Below are positions 1 through 11,022 of a stretch of 64,000 bases of DNA, piece after piece (within the stretch, counting starts at the first letter, position 1; each line of letters starts with the position of its first letter). The notes beneath the pieces are model-generated. The model was not told the origin of the DNA. It ran no database searches and saw only the letters and a program-made list of their open reading frames with translations. The DNA is from Thecamonas trahens ATCC 50062 (Eukaryota > Protista > Apusomonadida). Where the stretch lies: the NCBI RefSeq assembly GCF_000142905.1, contig NW_013657615.1, forward strand, positions 128,354-192,353, read 5' to 3'. The position numbers and the translations under genes are program-made.

Positions 1-158
1 GGGGAGGAGGGGGGAGGGAGGGGGATGGTGGCACGGTGCTGTACTTATGTCCTTCTTTCTCTCTCTGTGGATGGTGTGTGTTCGGGCGGGCGGTGGGGTG
101 GGGGCGGTGGGGGCGGTGGGGGGGGGGGTGGGGGGGGGGGGGGGGGGGGGCGGGACAG

Positions 159-1666
159 TGGTCCGTGAGGTCCACCCCATGGCCATGCGGTCAAAGGAGA
201 TGCGCGAGCTGACGACCAATCTACTGGCGTGGATGTCGACGTACACTCGGCGTAGGGATAACAATGCTATTCGGGATCCGGCAACAGACTGCTCAAACGG
301 TGTGCTGATGTTCTGGCTGCTGGAAGAGCTGACCGGTGCTCAGATCGCGAGGTACAACCCAGAGGCTCTGTCGGACCGTGCACAGCTGGAAAACCTCTCG
401 GTCTTGTGTCTCGCGCTGCAGCGGCTGGACGTACAGCCAGTGGGCGACGGTGGATGGACACCGATGCTGTTGTACGAGGGCAACACCATTGCGTGGTGGT
501 CTCTCTGCGTCTCGCTCGCGCTGCGGTTCAACTGCGACCGAGTCATCCGCCCCTCGGTCTTCCTCGCCACCAAGCTGCTGCAGTATCGCGAGAAGGAGTC
601 GATGCCGTATGTGGAGAAGACGGTCCGCACCATTCTTACGCCGAGCCAAGAAGAGATGGACGCCATCCGCACCGAGTACGGCCGCAAGTACGGGTTTGCC
701 GTCGCCCAGCCACTCAAGAGCTACGACAACGCCAGTCACATCGAGCTTGTGGCGTGGATCAACTCGTACCTCTCGCAGCGCGGGCTCTCTGTATCGGCGT
801 CGGAGCCGCGCCTGTTTGGCGAGGGCATCAAGTTTCTCGCCCTGCTCGAGGTCCTCACTGGCATGACCGTGGAGCAGGTACTTGGAGAGGCAACCATCGA
901 CCCGGTGAATAGCGAGACCGACGCACGGGCCAACATCGATATGGCCTTTGCGTTTATGGAGAACCTCGGCATCGACCATCACAACACAGAGACCGACGAC
1001 ATCCTGGACGCCGCACTGCAGCCGGTCCTCCGCCTCGTGGACTCGCTCCGTGCCTTTGACTTTTCCGCCATTCAGGCCTCGGCGCTCGACGCTGTCACAG
1101 CGCTCCACGAGGACGACTCGTTTGTCGATTCGCAGCGCGCTGCCATCCAGGCCCAGATGGCCGCCGCCGGTGGCACCGCCGGCCCGGCCGCCACCATTGC
1201 CACCGCCGCTGCTGCCATCGCCGACGACCACGACCGGCCCGACGACGCTCCACCCATGTACGCAGACATGGAGGATCCCAACGCCGACTTTCCGCCCGAC
1301 GTCTTCGACAAGCTCTTTGCCGCAGATGTCTCCAAGCTCAACTCGGTCAAGCAGTCGATGCTCGCCTTTGTCAACTCGCATCTCGCTGCCGTCTCGGTCA
1401 CCGTCTTGGACCTCACCACCGACTTTACAGACGGCGTTCTTCTCATCGCCCTCGTCTCCATCCTCAACAACGCGTACATCGAGCCAAAGTTCTACCACCT
1501 CTCGCCAAAGTCGCAGGCCGAGAAGATCGACAACCTCAAGTTCCTCATCGCCCGCGTCCTCGAGCTCGGCGTGGACATTCCGCAAGTCTCCTCCACCAAG
1601 CTCCTCTCCGGCGACCTCAAGACCATCCTCCGTCTCCTCTATGTCCTCCACCGCAAGTACCGATGA
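159..1666 (+). CDS. PARV: Parvin-like calponin-homology protein (3' exon; 5' part lies upstream of the window)
   Basis: The C-terminal CH domain DVFDKLF...AFVNSHL...FTDGVLLIALVSIL...GDLKTILRLLYVLHRKYR matches parvin CH2. Two further CH-like segments lie upstream (LLAWMS..NGVLMFWLLEELTG; LVAWINSYL..EGIKFLALLEVLTG). A G-rich stretch ends in a CAG acceptor at 156-158. Confidence 0.85.
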
Positions 1667-1807
1667 GTACGAGTAACAATGCGTGGTAGCCATCGCCTCC
1701 CTCTCGACTCGCATCACCGCCCGCCCGGTAGCCAGCCAGCCAGCTAGCCGACAGGTAGCCAGCCAGAGCCGAAGCCTGAGCCACGCCACTCCGCACCCCC
1801 CCCCCAC

Positions 1808-1812
1808 ACCCA

Positions 1813-1889
<77 letters not shown>

Positions 1890-1891
1890 AC
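1808..1891 (+). repeat. (CA)n microsatellite
   Basis: Near-perfect CA dinucleotide run immediately upstream of the ATG at 1899. Confidence 0.95.
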
Positions 1892-1898
1892 GCATACC

Positions 1899-4346
1899 AT
1901 GTCCACCCCGACCGAGGAGGGGGGCAGCATGGAGAGCAAGTACAAGCGACTTGTTGCCGAGTACGCGCGGGTCAAGGGCCACAACGCGGTGCTGAAGAAG
2001 GCTGTGGTGGAGGAACAGGAGAACTCGGCGAGGCTCTCTGGTGCACTCAATCTCCTTCGGCAGAAGAACAGGAGTTTATTGAAGGACAACGATGTGCTGG
2101 CATTCAACAACAAGCGCTTGACACAACGTGTTGCTGTCCTCACCGCAGACACAGCCATCGCTCCATCTTTGTCATCATCGCTTCCGTCCTCGTCATCGTC
2201 CTCGTCCCATCCTGCTGGATCCGCTACTCAGGGTCTGGCCATCTCCTCGCCATCGAGGAGATCCCGCAATGGCTCATCGTCCGGAAAGTCGTCAGGACTC
2301 GCCTCGTGGTGGTCCGGCTCGTCGGCAAAGCAGGTCCGTATCGATGAGCTGGAGGCGCATGTTCACGTGCTGGAGGAGCAACTGGCTCACGCCATTGCCC
2401 AGGCCGAAGTCTTTGGCTCGGAGAAGTTTGAGGCTCAGCGGGCGCATGCCGAGGAGGTGGCGACGCTCAACGGCCATGTCAAGGCTCTGGAGGCCTCGCT
2501 GGTGGCAAAGTCGGACGAGCTGACCGCAGCGGCGGTGGCGGCCGACGACGCCGCTGCGGACGCGCAGGCCAAGATCGAGACCCTCGAGTCGGCACTCGCC
2601 GCAGTCACAGCCTCGTACGAAGCAACGCTTGCCAAGCTCGCCTCGCTACAGGGTGAGGTCTCGACCTCGCTTCGCAAGCTCAACGACTCTCACTTTGGCG
2701 GCGTCGCCCCGTTTTACTACCCGCTCCTCTCCGAGTCCGAGTCGGACACGTCGGGCCTAGCGCCGCCAGCGTCGCCGATTCCACATGCCCGCGATGGCTC
2801 CGAGGCCCCGGACTCGCCGCTGGACCTCCGCCTCCTCCTCGCCCGCTCCGCCGCCGCTGTCGCCGCCGGCGCCAGCCACAGCCTCTCGCTACCCGAGCTG
2901 GAGGACGCTGTCGACTCGCTGGTCTCGGGCCTCGAGTCGTCATTTATGGCATTCCAAGCCTCGGCCATCGCCCTCGCCACCCCCGACCGAACAGCCGTGC
3001 GCGAGAGGGCCGGCAGTGCCGCCCCGCAAGCCGCCGAGCCTCGCCAGGCTCTCACCTTTGCAGACGACTCGCTCCTCGCCTCGGCCGCCAAACCCGTGCG
3101 GGCAAGCGCTCCGCTCTCGCCGCTCGAGTGCCAGCGCGCGGTCCAGCACGCGTGCGAGCGCGGCGCCGCTCTTGCTCGCGCCCTTGGTCGTGCCATGCAG
3201 CTCCGGGCCGCCGGTCGCGGCGCTTCGCCCAAGCTCGCCACTCTTGCCGGCCAGTGCTTCACCACGCTCTCGGCCATTGCCGCCCAGCTCGGTGAGGCGA
3301 GCTCGTGGTCGGCCGACGACGCCGTCGAGCCTCAGACCGGCGCCCTAACAGGCACCGCGGTTTCCGCCGGTCGCGCACTTTCGGGCGCGTTCAAGAAGCT
3401 CCTCCCGTACATGCTCGCATACCTCCGGGTCGACCACCAGGTTGTCTCGGACGTCGCGCCCGAGCTCAAGGGTGTCAACAATGCGCTAGGCCCGCTGTTC
3501 GCCACTGTGGCGGCGGCCGTCGATGCGCTCGTCGCCGTGGACTCGGTCAGCAAGCTCGGGTACGCGTCCCACATCGAGCCGCTCGTCGGCGCCGTTGCCC
3601 AGCTTGAAGTCTGCCTCCGGCGCAACTATGAGATTCGCGACGCGGTCATCGCTCCTGCGCCAGACCTCTCGGCTGCCTGCGCAGACGTCCTCACCATCGG
3701 CAACGAGCTGCGCATGGCCCTCTCCCGCCTCGCCTTTACACCTCCTTCTCCCGGCTCAGAGGCTCCGCCGTCGTCGACGCTCCTCACGCCAGCTACGCCT
3801 GCTACGCCTGCTCCGCCGTCGACGCCGTCGAATCGCCCGCCGCGCCTTGCTGTGGCCTCGCCGCTCGTCGCCTCGCCGCTGGCCTCGCCCATGGTCCACT
3901 CAACGGTCCAGCGGTACATCGACTCGGACGCCGCCGACGTCATCGCCAAGCTCCAGCGCGCGCTGGCGGCAAAGACTGCTCAGCTCGAGGCCATTGTCCG
4001 CGAACGCGGGACAGTCGTTGTTCTCGACACAGCGGCGCCCGGCCCGCGCGACGAGACCAAGCTCCGCATGCGGCTACACTACGAGGACAAGGTGTCGTCG
4101 CTCGAGCGGCTGCTCACCGCCGCAGACGCCCGCGCCGGTGAGATGTATCAGGCCGCGCTCGCTGCCAAGCACGAGCTCAAAGACATGCAAGGCACGCTGG
4201 ACGAGACGTTGCACTCGGTCTCGGATCGGGACATCGCGCTCGCCGCCGCTCGCGATGAGCTCGAGACCACCCGTCGCAACTACGAGGAGCAGCTCAACAC
4301 GCTCACCAACCACATCTGCTCGCTCCAGGCTGCGCGCCGTCCGTAG
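1899..4346 (+). CDS. PPP1R21: Protein phosphatase 1 regulatory subunit 21 (KLRAQ/FERRY Fy-2)-like coiled-coil protein
   Basis: The N-terminal KYKRLVAEYARVKGHNAVLKKAVVEEQ...LAFNNKRLTQRV matches the KLRAQ domain. The C-terminal ELETTRRNYEEQLNTLTNHICSL matches the TTKRSYEDQ motif. Confidence 0.88.
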   Translation: MSTPTEEGGSMESKYKRLVAEYARVKGHNAVLKKAVVEEQENSARLSGALNLLRQKNRSLLKDNDVLAFNNKRLTQRVAVLTADTAIAPSLSSSLPSSSSSSSHPAGSATQGLAISSPSRRSRNGSSSGKSSGLASWWSGSSAKQVRIDELEAHVHVLEEQLAHAIAQAEVFGSEKFEAQRAHAEEVATLNGHVKALEASLVAKSDELTAAAVAADDAAADAQAKIETLESALAAVTASYEATLAKLASLQGEVSTSLRKLNDSHFGGVAPFYYPLLSESESDTSGLAPPASPIPHARDGSEAPDSPLDLRLLLARSAAAVAAGASHSLSLPELEDAVDSLVSGLESSFMAFQASAIALATPDRTAVRERAGSAAPQAAEPRQALTFADDSLLASAAKPVRASAPLSPLECQRAVQHACERGAALARALGRAMQLRAAGRGASPKLATLAGQCFTTLSAIAAQLGEASSWSADDAVEPQTGALTGTAVSAGRALSGAFKKLLPYMLAYLRVDHQVVSDVAPELKGVNNALGPLFATVAAAVDALVAVDSVSKLGYASHIEPLVGAVAQLEVCLRRNYEIRDAVIAPAPDLSAACADVLTIGNELRMALSRLAFTPPSPGSEAPPSSTLLTPATPATPAPPSTPSNRPPRLAVASPLVASPLASPMVHSTVQRYIDSDAADVIAKLQRALAAKTAQLEAIVRERGTVVVLDTAAPGPRDETKLRMRLHYEDKVSSLERLLTAADARAGEMYQAALAAKHELKDMQGTLDETLHSVSDRDIALAAARDELETTRRNYEEQLNTLTNHICSLQAARRP

Positions 4347-4359
4347 GCCCCGATGCCAG

Positions 4360-4890
4360 TCACAGCGATGCCTTGATCTGCGCCGACGATGCGCACCATT
4401 GCAGCCAGCCGCCGAGCAGGCGCCGCGGCGAGTACATGAGGGCAGCCTTGGCCGAGTGAAACGGGCCGACAAAGACGTGGAGGTGGAGGTGATTGATCGA
4501 GTTGAATGGAGGGACGTGGAAGACGGTGTACACGTCGGAGCTTGTGAGTTCGTAGCCAGCCTCGCGCAGCAACTCCTTCCCAACCTCCTCCATGTGGCTC
4601 ACCAGCCCGGAGCCGTCGTCGACCGCGGCCAGATCGTTGACCGTCCCCACGTGCTCGAGCGGAACAATGAGCATGTGCTCGGTCGCTTCGGGAGATCGCG
4701 GATAAAAGACCGCCACGCGATGATCTCTGAAAAAGATCGGCGTCAGCTCGTCGCCGTCGAAATTCCGAAATGCTCGGCAGTGCTCGCGCGAGGCCACGTT
4801 GTCCTGGTGGACAAAGTTGCAGAAGAGGCAGTCTTCGATGGTTCCGTCAGCCGACCTGCGGACGCCCTTGGTGGAGAGCATGTGGCCCAT
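4360..4890 (-). CDS. HINT3: HIT-family nucleotide hydrolase, HINT3-like
   Basis: Contains CLFC, HMLIVPLEHV and the FHVPPFNSINHLHLHV histidine triad. Confidence 0.88.
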   Translation of the reverse strand: MGHMLSTKGVRRSADGTIEDCLFCNFVHQDNVASREHCRAFRNFDGDELTPIFFRDHRVAVFYPRSPEATEHMLIVPLEHVGTVNDLAAVDDGSGLVSHMEEVGKELLREAGYELTSSDVYTVFHVPPFNSINHLHLHVFVGPFHSAKAALMYSPRRLLGGWLQWCASSAQIKASL

Positions 4891-5086
4891 GGTGGTGTGG
4901 CTTTCGGGAGGCTGGCGAAAGGTGCGAGGGAGGAGAGGCGTGCTGTTGCCGCGAAGCGTGAGCCGTCCTGACCTCACTGCAGGTGTGGGCGATGACGATT
5001 CGGGGGAGCGGGGACGCGCGGCAGGATAGGTGACAACACCATGATGAGAGGGGGGGGGGGGGGGGGGGGGATCGAGCGCAAGGGCA

Positions 5087-5560
5087 GCTGATCACCATCA
5101 TGGCTGTGGCTGATCACCATCATGGCTGTAACTGATCACCATCATGGCTGTACATGATCATCGTAGGAGACAGCTATGGCTGTGGCTGATCACCATCATG
5201 GCTGTGGCTGATCACCATCATGGCTGTGGCTGATCACCATCATGGCTGTGGCTGATCACCATCATGGCTGTGGCTGATCACCATCATGGCTGTGGCTGAT
5301 CACCATCATGGCTGTGGCTGATCACCATCATGGCTGTGGCTGATCACCATCATGGCTGTAACTGATCACCATCATGGCTGTACATGATCATCGTAGGAGA
5401 CAGCTATGGCTGTGGCTGATCACCATCATGGCTGTGGCTGATCACCATCATGGCTGTGGCTGATCACCATCATGGCTGTGGTTGATCACCATCATGGCTG
5501 TACATCATCACCATCATGGCTGTACATGATCATCGTAGGAGACAGCTATGGCTGTACCTG
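5087..5560. repeat. 22-bp tandem minisatellite (TGGCTGTGGCTGATCACCATCA) with ~230-bp higher-order period
   Basis: About 20 head-to-tail units. A variant block (ACATGATCATCGTAGGAGACAGCTAT) recurs near 5152, 5382 and 5524. Confidence 0.95.
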
Positions 5561-5716
5561 ATCATCGCCACGGCTGTGCCTGATCATCCCCATCCCCATC
5601 CCCATCTCTCCAACTATCACCCTCACATCGTCGGCACAGACAAGCGAGAGACGCCAAGCGAGGTCGAGCGGTCCACACTCATCGCCAGCTAGAGGCCAGG
5701 CCCCGAGGGGGAAGAC

Positions 5717-7708
5717 ATGCGCTGGTCGAGCCAAAAATGGAGTCCGGCGGAGGTGGCGGCGGTCATGGCGATGGCGGTGGTGGTGGTCACCTGTGCTGCG
5801 GTGGTGTGGTGGCCAGCAGCAGACGGCTCGTTCACCTTTGATGACAACTCGGCCATTGTCCACTCGCCGGTCCTTGGCAGCATGCGCAAGCCGCAAACCT
5901 CGGCCATATATGCCTCTCGATTTGATGCATGGCGCGCCATCGGCTACACAGACTTTTGGGGCTCTCGCATGGACCATCCCTCATCTCATCGCTCCTATCG
6001 GCCGATCACCGTCGCCTCTTTTGCCCTGCAAACTCTCGCCGATCCCGCGCATCTCCCCAACCCGCGGCCCTTCCTCATCGCCAACATTGCCCTGCATCTG
6101 GCTGCTTCGCTCCTGGCTGGCGTTGCCCTCGCCGCTACGCTTGGTGAGCTCGTTGCCTTCCATCCGGACGACCGCGCATGGATCCCTCATCTTGCAGCCG
6201 CCGTTGCCCTCGTCTTTGCCCTGCACCCGCTCCACACCGAGGCCGTTGCCTCGGTCGTCGGCCGCGCCGAGAGTCTGGCGGCGATCGGTATGTTTGGCTC
6301 AGCGACTGCCGCCACTGCTCATCGCCACAGCCTCGCCATCGGTCTCGGCCTCGCCGGCGCACTCGCCAAGGAGTCGGGCGTGATGGTCCTGGCCCTCAAC
6401 GCTGCGCTCGCGCTGTGGCGTCGTGAGCGATGGCTATCCATCGCTGCTCATATTGCAGCGGCAGCAGCCATGGTTGTGCTCACCCGAGTGGTGTTGCCGG
6501 GGAGCGCCGCCCGCGAGCACGGCCTGCTTGCCGGGCCTCCGCTGGCGTTCATCGACAACCCGATCGCCTTTGAATCGTCGGTCATCCGGCGGACACTGTC
6601 GTACATGTATATCCATGCGCGCTACTTGGCGCTGATGGTCGCACCGGTCACGCTCTCAGCCGACTACTCGTACAACGTAATTCCGCCGGTGGCTCCAACC
6701 GAGGCGCGAGCGGCGGTGGGTGTGGCCGTCTATGCCGCGCTTGCCGCGATGTCGGCGTGGGTGCTGGTCCTTGTCCTTCCGCGCCGTCGCTTGTCAATCG
6801 CCGACGCGGGACTCGTCGTTGGTCTTGGGTGGCTCGTTGTCCCGTTTCTGCCCGCGTCGTCGGCGGTGGCCACCCTAGCGACGGTCATCGGGGAGCGACT
6901 GGCATACACGCCGCTTGCCGGGTTTCTTCTCCTTGCAGCCTCTGTAGCGCTCCGACTGCGGCGGTCGCCGATCATGCTCTGGACGCTGGTCGTCGTTGCG
7001 GTGGCGCTATGCGTGCCGCGGACACGGACCCGCATCGCCGACTGGCGCGACAATCGTGCCGTTTTCAGCTCGGTCGTCCGCGAGTATCCCGCCGCCGCCA
7101 AGGCGCTGCTCTCACTCGGCGTGGTCGAGGTGCAGGCTGGCAATCGCACCGCAGCGCGCCCACTGTTCGAAGCAGCCATCAAGGTCTATGCCAACTACTC
7201 GGAGGCCCACTACTGCCTCGGCAAGCTTGCGCTGGAGCTCGGCGACGTCGCTATTGGTCAGCGTCATCTCGAGCGCGCGCTGGCCATCGAGCGGACCCAC
7301 GCCGGTGCGCTCTTCGAGTACGGCACCATGCTGGCCGGCCAGGCGCAGAGCGCCATGACGAGCGCGCCCGCGCGCGGCAAGGAGCTCCTGGAGCAAGCCA
7401 AGACCGTGCTCCGCCGTGCCATCAAGGCCCGGCCGTCGCTCGCCGACGGGTACGTCAACCTCGCGACGGCCGAGCTCCTTGGAGGCGATGCTGCCGCCGC
7501 CGTTCCGCTCTACCGTCAGGCCCTTGTCCGCGATCCGCTCTCTGTCTCTGCCCACGTTCATCTCGCTCTTGCGCTCGTCTCGCTCCCGGCCAACGATGCT
7601 GCCGAGGCCTGCACACTCGCGGCGTCGATCCCTCGTCTCCCTGGCTGGTCGTTCTCGCGGCGGCTGTACGAAGCGTCCTACCAGGTAGTCGTTGCCCGCT
7701 GTGGGTAG
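5717..7708 (+). CDS. TMTC: TMTC-family protein O-mannosyltransferase (DUF1736 + TPR)
   Basis: Motifs FTFDD, DFWG...SHRSYRPIT, LFALHPLHTEAVASVVGRAE, KESG, DNP, LSADYS and VIGERLAY, followed by C-terminal TPRs. Confidence 0.93.
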   Translation: MRWSSQKWSPAEVAAVMAMAVVVVTCAAVVWWPAADGSFTFDDNSAIVHSPVLGSMRKPQTSAIYASRFDAWRAIGYTDFWGSRMDHPSSHRSYRPITVASFALQTLADPAHLPNPRPFLIANIALHLAASLLAGVALAATLGELVAFHPDDRAWIPHLAAAVALVFALHPLHTEAVASVVGRAESLAAIGMFGSATAATAHRHSLAIGLGLAGALAKESGVMVLALNAALALWRRERWLSIAAHIAAAAAMVVLTRVVLPGSAAREHGLLAGPPLAFIDNPIAFESSVIRRTLSYMYIHARYLALMVAPVTLSADYSYNVIPPVAPTEARAAVGVAVYAALAAMSAWVLVLVLPRRRLSIADAGLVVGLGWLVVPFLPASSAVATLATVIGERLAYTPLAGFLLLAASVALRLRRSPIMLWTLVVVAVALCVPRTRTRIADWRDNRAVFSSVVREYPAAAKALLSLGVVEVQAGNRTAARPLFEAAIKVYANYSEAHYCLGKLALELGDVAIGQRHLERALAIERTHAGALFEYGTMLAGQAQSAMTSAPARGKELLEQAKTVLRRAIKARPSLADGYVNLATAELLGGDAAAAVPLYRQALVRDPLSVSAHVHLALALVSLPANDAAEACTLAASIPRLPGWSFSRRLYEASYQVVVARCG

Positions 7709-7732
7709 TTTACAGTAAGCAGCAAGCTGCCA

Positions 7733-9061
7733 TCACACAATCCCCGAGTCCGAGCCCGAGCCCGAGCCCGAACCCGAGCCCGACTTTGACCTCGACGCGA
7801 TCGAGTCCGCTGCAGATGCCGAGGTCGAACCCGACGGCGCCGCCGGCGGCGTGATGACGCCCGAGCCGACCGGAGTCAGCCGCGCCACGTCGCCGCTCGA
7901 GCTCGCGCTCGAGTGAGCAACAACAACAGAGATAAAACGAGTGTGGACTTCTTGGGCTTGCAGCATGTACTCCCCGTACGACGGCGAGAACGAGTGGTAG
8001 GTGTCGGCAATGACGTCGCCAATGCAAAAGACGTCCAGAAACGCCGATCCGAGCCGCTGGCCGTAGTCGGGCGCGCAGCAGCAAATGCAGCGGCAGCAGC
8101 GGCAGAGCGTGCCCAGCTCCTCCGCCACCACCAGCGCCTCCTCGTCGTCGAGCTCCGAGTAGCCGCCCGAGCCAGCGCCAGCGCCAAGACCGGCGGCCGA
8201 GCCGTCGCCGTTCCCACGGTCGCTGCCGGCGCTAGCGCCGCCATCGCGAAACTCGGTGTAGGAAAAGGCGAACCAGTGGACAAAGGCAAAGAGCAGCATC
8301 TCGACGCAGAGGATAAAGTTGTCCCACGCCTCGGCATCCTCCTTGGGCACGGGCAGCAGCGCAACAGCGAGCGACTGCCAATAGGTGAGGAAGACGACCG
8401 ATTTGACGGCGACAAACTTGCGGATGGGGTGGTGCGGAGCAAGATGGAGGCGGGTGCCGAGGTAGAACAGATACAGTTCGTAGAGGGCGTATGTGAACGA
8501 GATGTTGTAGACAACAAGCAGGCCGGCCTGGTAGGCCGTGCTCTCGTAGTAGCCGAGGACTAGCATGGCGAGCGAGAGGGCGGCGCAGACGGGCTTGACA
8601 ATGACAAACTGGATGACGCCCTGCTTGCATGCACGGAGAAAGGTGGACGATCCAACATTGATGGGCTTGAGCCAGCAGAGTGGCCATGGATGGCGCATCT
8701 CTCCGGGACTCACCCGCATGGCAAGGACAATGGCCGAGTCACCGCCGCCGTAGCCAATCATGAGGTGGAGGAAGCAGTAGAGGACCCACGCCTCGTACAG
8801 GTCGCGAACAGTTGCAAAGTACAGGGCGTAGTTGGGATACAGCAGCGATAGCAACGATCCGAGGGCAAAGACAGGCACAATCAACAGAATGCGGACAGAG
8901 TATCGTTGCAGTGCCTTGTGTGTGTAGTGGTGGAGGTGAAGGAACGAATGGACGAGCGAGACCACAATGCCAAGCGCCGCAGCACACACCGCAATGCCCA
9001 CAGCCGTCGAGCTCCCGGCAAAGCTCTCCACCTCTTCTACGCTCACCCCTACACTCACCAT
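7733..9061 (-). CDS. TMEM184: TMEM184/organic solute transporter alpha family membrane protein
   Basis: Motifs QRYSVRILLIVPVFA, VRDLYEAWVLYCF, CKQGVIQFVIVKP, KFVAVKSVVFLTYWQ and NFILCVEM...HWFAFSY. Confidence 0.93.
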   Translation of the reverse strand: MVSVGVSVEEVESFAGSSTAVGIAVCAAALGIVVSLVHSFLHLHHYTHKALQRYSVRILLIVPVFALGSLLSLLYPNYALYFATVRDLYEAWVLYCFLHLMIGYGGGDSAIVLAMRVSPGEMRHPWPLCWLKPINVGSSTFLRACKQGVIQFVIVKPVCAALSLAMLVLGYYESTAYQAGLLVVYNISFTYALYELYLFYLGTRLHLAPHHPIRKFVAVKSVVFLTYWQSLAVALLPVPKEDAEAWDNFILCVEMLLFAFVHWFAFSYTEFRDGGASAGSDRGNGDGSAAGLGAGAGSGGYSELDDEEALVVAEELGTLCRCCRCICCCAPDYGQRLGSAFLDVFCIGDVIADTYHSFSPSYGEYMLQAQEVHTRFISVVVAHSSASSSGDVARLTPVGSGVITPPAAPSGSTSASAADSIASRSKSGSGSGSGSGSDSGIV

Positions 9062-9313
9062 CTCTCTGTCCTGCGAGTCAGCTGTTGCCGGTCCCCCCCC
9101 CCCCCCTCTTCATGGCTGCCCGTCTTGCCTTCCCCGAGCGCGCCAGATCAGACCCATGCACCGTGATCACCCACGTTTTTGCCGTTTCCAGCTAAAAGCC
9201 GCGAAAACTCAACGATCACATTACCCTCCCGCCGCTGGCCTCTGCTTCCACCACACGCACACCCCGCTCACCACAGGCACCACTCGACGTCGAGCACGAC
9301 GCCCTGGCACTTT

Positions 9314-10380
9314 ATGCAAACGTCGGGCGCCATCAACGCGCTTGCGCTTCCCAAGGGCTCCAAGCTTGCATGCGAGCTCTGCGGCGAGGCAGCGCGCGTG
9401 CTCTGCCCCTGTGCAAGGTCACCTCGTACTGCTGCATGGAACACCAGGAGACCGACTGGGTGGGCATCCACGGGAAGATCTGCGGCCTCCTTGCTGCGCT
9501 TCGGTCTCCGCCGGGCTTTCTGGGCTCGGAGGAGGAACGTGCGGCGCGTGCGGCTGAGGAGGATGAGCTCAAGCACGAGCTGCTGGCGGTGGCGCGGCGG
9601 GAGGGCCACCGGCTGCTGTACGAGGGCCACAACGAGCGGGCCATGCCGGCAGCACTGCACTCGCTCCGCTTTGCCATCGAAATCTATGGCCCGGACCACA
9701 TCGATCTTGTGCCGTCGTACCTGCTGCTAGGTGAGGCCTCGATCGGGCTCGACCGGTTCTCGGCCGGCGAGCGGTACCTCTCGCTCGCCCGTTGGGCTGT
9801 CCTCAAGACGCCCGACTGCCCCAAGATCATTCTTGCCCAGCTTCACCGCAACTTTGGTCTCCTCTACGCCGCCCAGGGCAAGCACGGCGAGGCGCTCAAG
9901 GAGCTCGCAGAGGACGTGTACTACTCGTCGAGCGTGTTTGGGCCCAAGCACATCAACGCCACCACCGGCCACTTTCAGATGGGCAACGTCTTCCTGCAGC
10001 TCAACAAGCAGCCGGCCGCGCTCGCCGTCTTTGAGCTGGTCACCTCGGTCTGGCGCACCTATCTCACGGCTGCCTTTAACGATCCGGCCTTCCTCGCCGC
10101 CAACCCCATCGACGAGGCCAAGCAGGCCGAGGCCATGCAGATGCTTCTCCGCATCGCCGCTGTTCGTGAGGACATCTTTGGCCCGCACGCCGAGCCGTTT
10201 GGCGAGCTCAACTTTGTCCTCGCCCTCCTCCACCACTTTCTCGGCAACCTCGCCAAGGCCGCTACCTACGCCTCCACAGCCCTCCAGGTCTACCACGCCC
10301 AGGAGAAGGTCTCCGCCGACGTCACCGACGAGATCGAGGCCCTCATCGCCGCCATTGACGACGAGATTGCCGCCGCTTAG
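9314..10380 (+). CDS. ZMYND12: Zinc finger MYND domain protein 12 (flagellar/axonemal), apparent frameshift at 9406-9409
   Basis: ALPKGSKLACELC...LCP (frame of ORF 9179) joins LCKVTSYCCMEHQETDWVGIHGKIC...PAALHSLRF...LVPSYLLLGEASIGL (ORF 9370) if one C is added to CCCC. Confidence 0.9.
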
Positions 10381-10520
10381 TCACCGTCTCTTGCCCTCCC
10401 GACAAACGCCACAATCCGCAGCCATGCTAGCCGCCCACCACAGCCCAAGCCATAGCTAGAGCCAGAGGCTGAGCAGACTGCCGTCGCCGACGGCCACACC
10501 CGTCTCTGCCCTCACCCACC

Positions 10521-11022
10521 ATGTCCCAGTCCACGGCATCACCGGTCGACCCGCTCCTTGCGGTCCCTGAGGAGGTTCCCGAGAACGACGAGATGAAGGA
10601 CGACCTTGCTGAGCTTCTCAACATGCTCGCCATGATGATGGGCGCATCCGGTCTCATGATGCGGGTACGTGGCGGTGGTGGTGGCATCCCCGACTTTGGC
10701 GCTGGCCCGTTGCTCTTGGCCGGACGGCTGGTCTATGGGCTATGGGTGAGAGCAGCAGACATGACATATGGAATGAGAGAGAGAGGGTGTGTGCAGGGGA
10801 AGGAGGGTATGTGGTTGCACAGGGCGTGTACTCATGGGTGGCTGTGTACCGGTGGAGAAACAGTGGAAGTGGATGTGCTGGGGCTCGCTCTTCGCATGCG
10901 TCTACAACCTCTGCAACGCGCGCAAGATCGACTACAAGAACACCCTTATGCAGCTCATGTTTGCCCTCGCCGGCCTCTTCATCAACTACCTTGCGCCGCC
11001 GCCGCCGCAAAAGGCCGCATGA
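10521..11022 (+). CDS. WDR83OS: PAT complex subunit Asterix; exons 10521-10664 and 10864-11022
   Basis: The spliced product LNMLAMMMGASGLMMR|WKWMCWGSLF...MFALAGLFINYL matches Asterix. Intron GTACGT...CAG at 10665-10863, phase 0. Confidence 0.85.

Noticed and set aside
5087-5560. CRISPR-like repeat/spacer or telomeric repeat
   Set aside because: The interrupting blocks are identical to each other, and the unit is not telomere-like and is internal.
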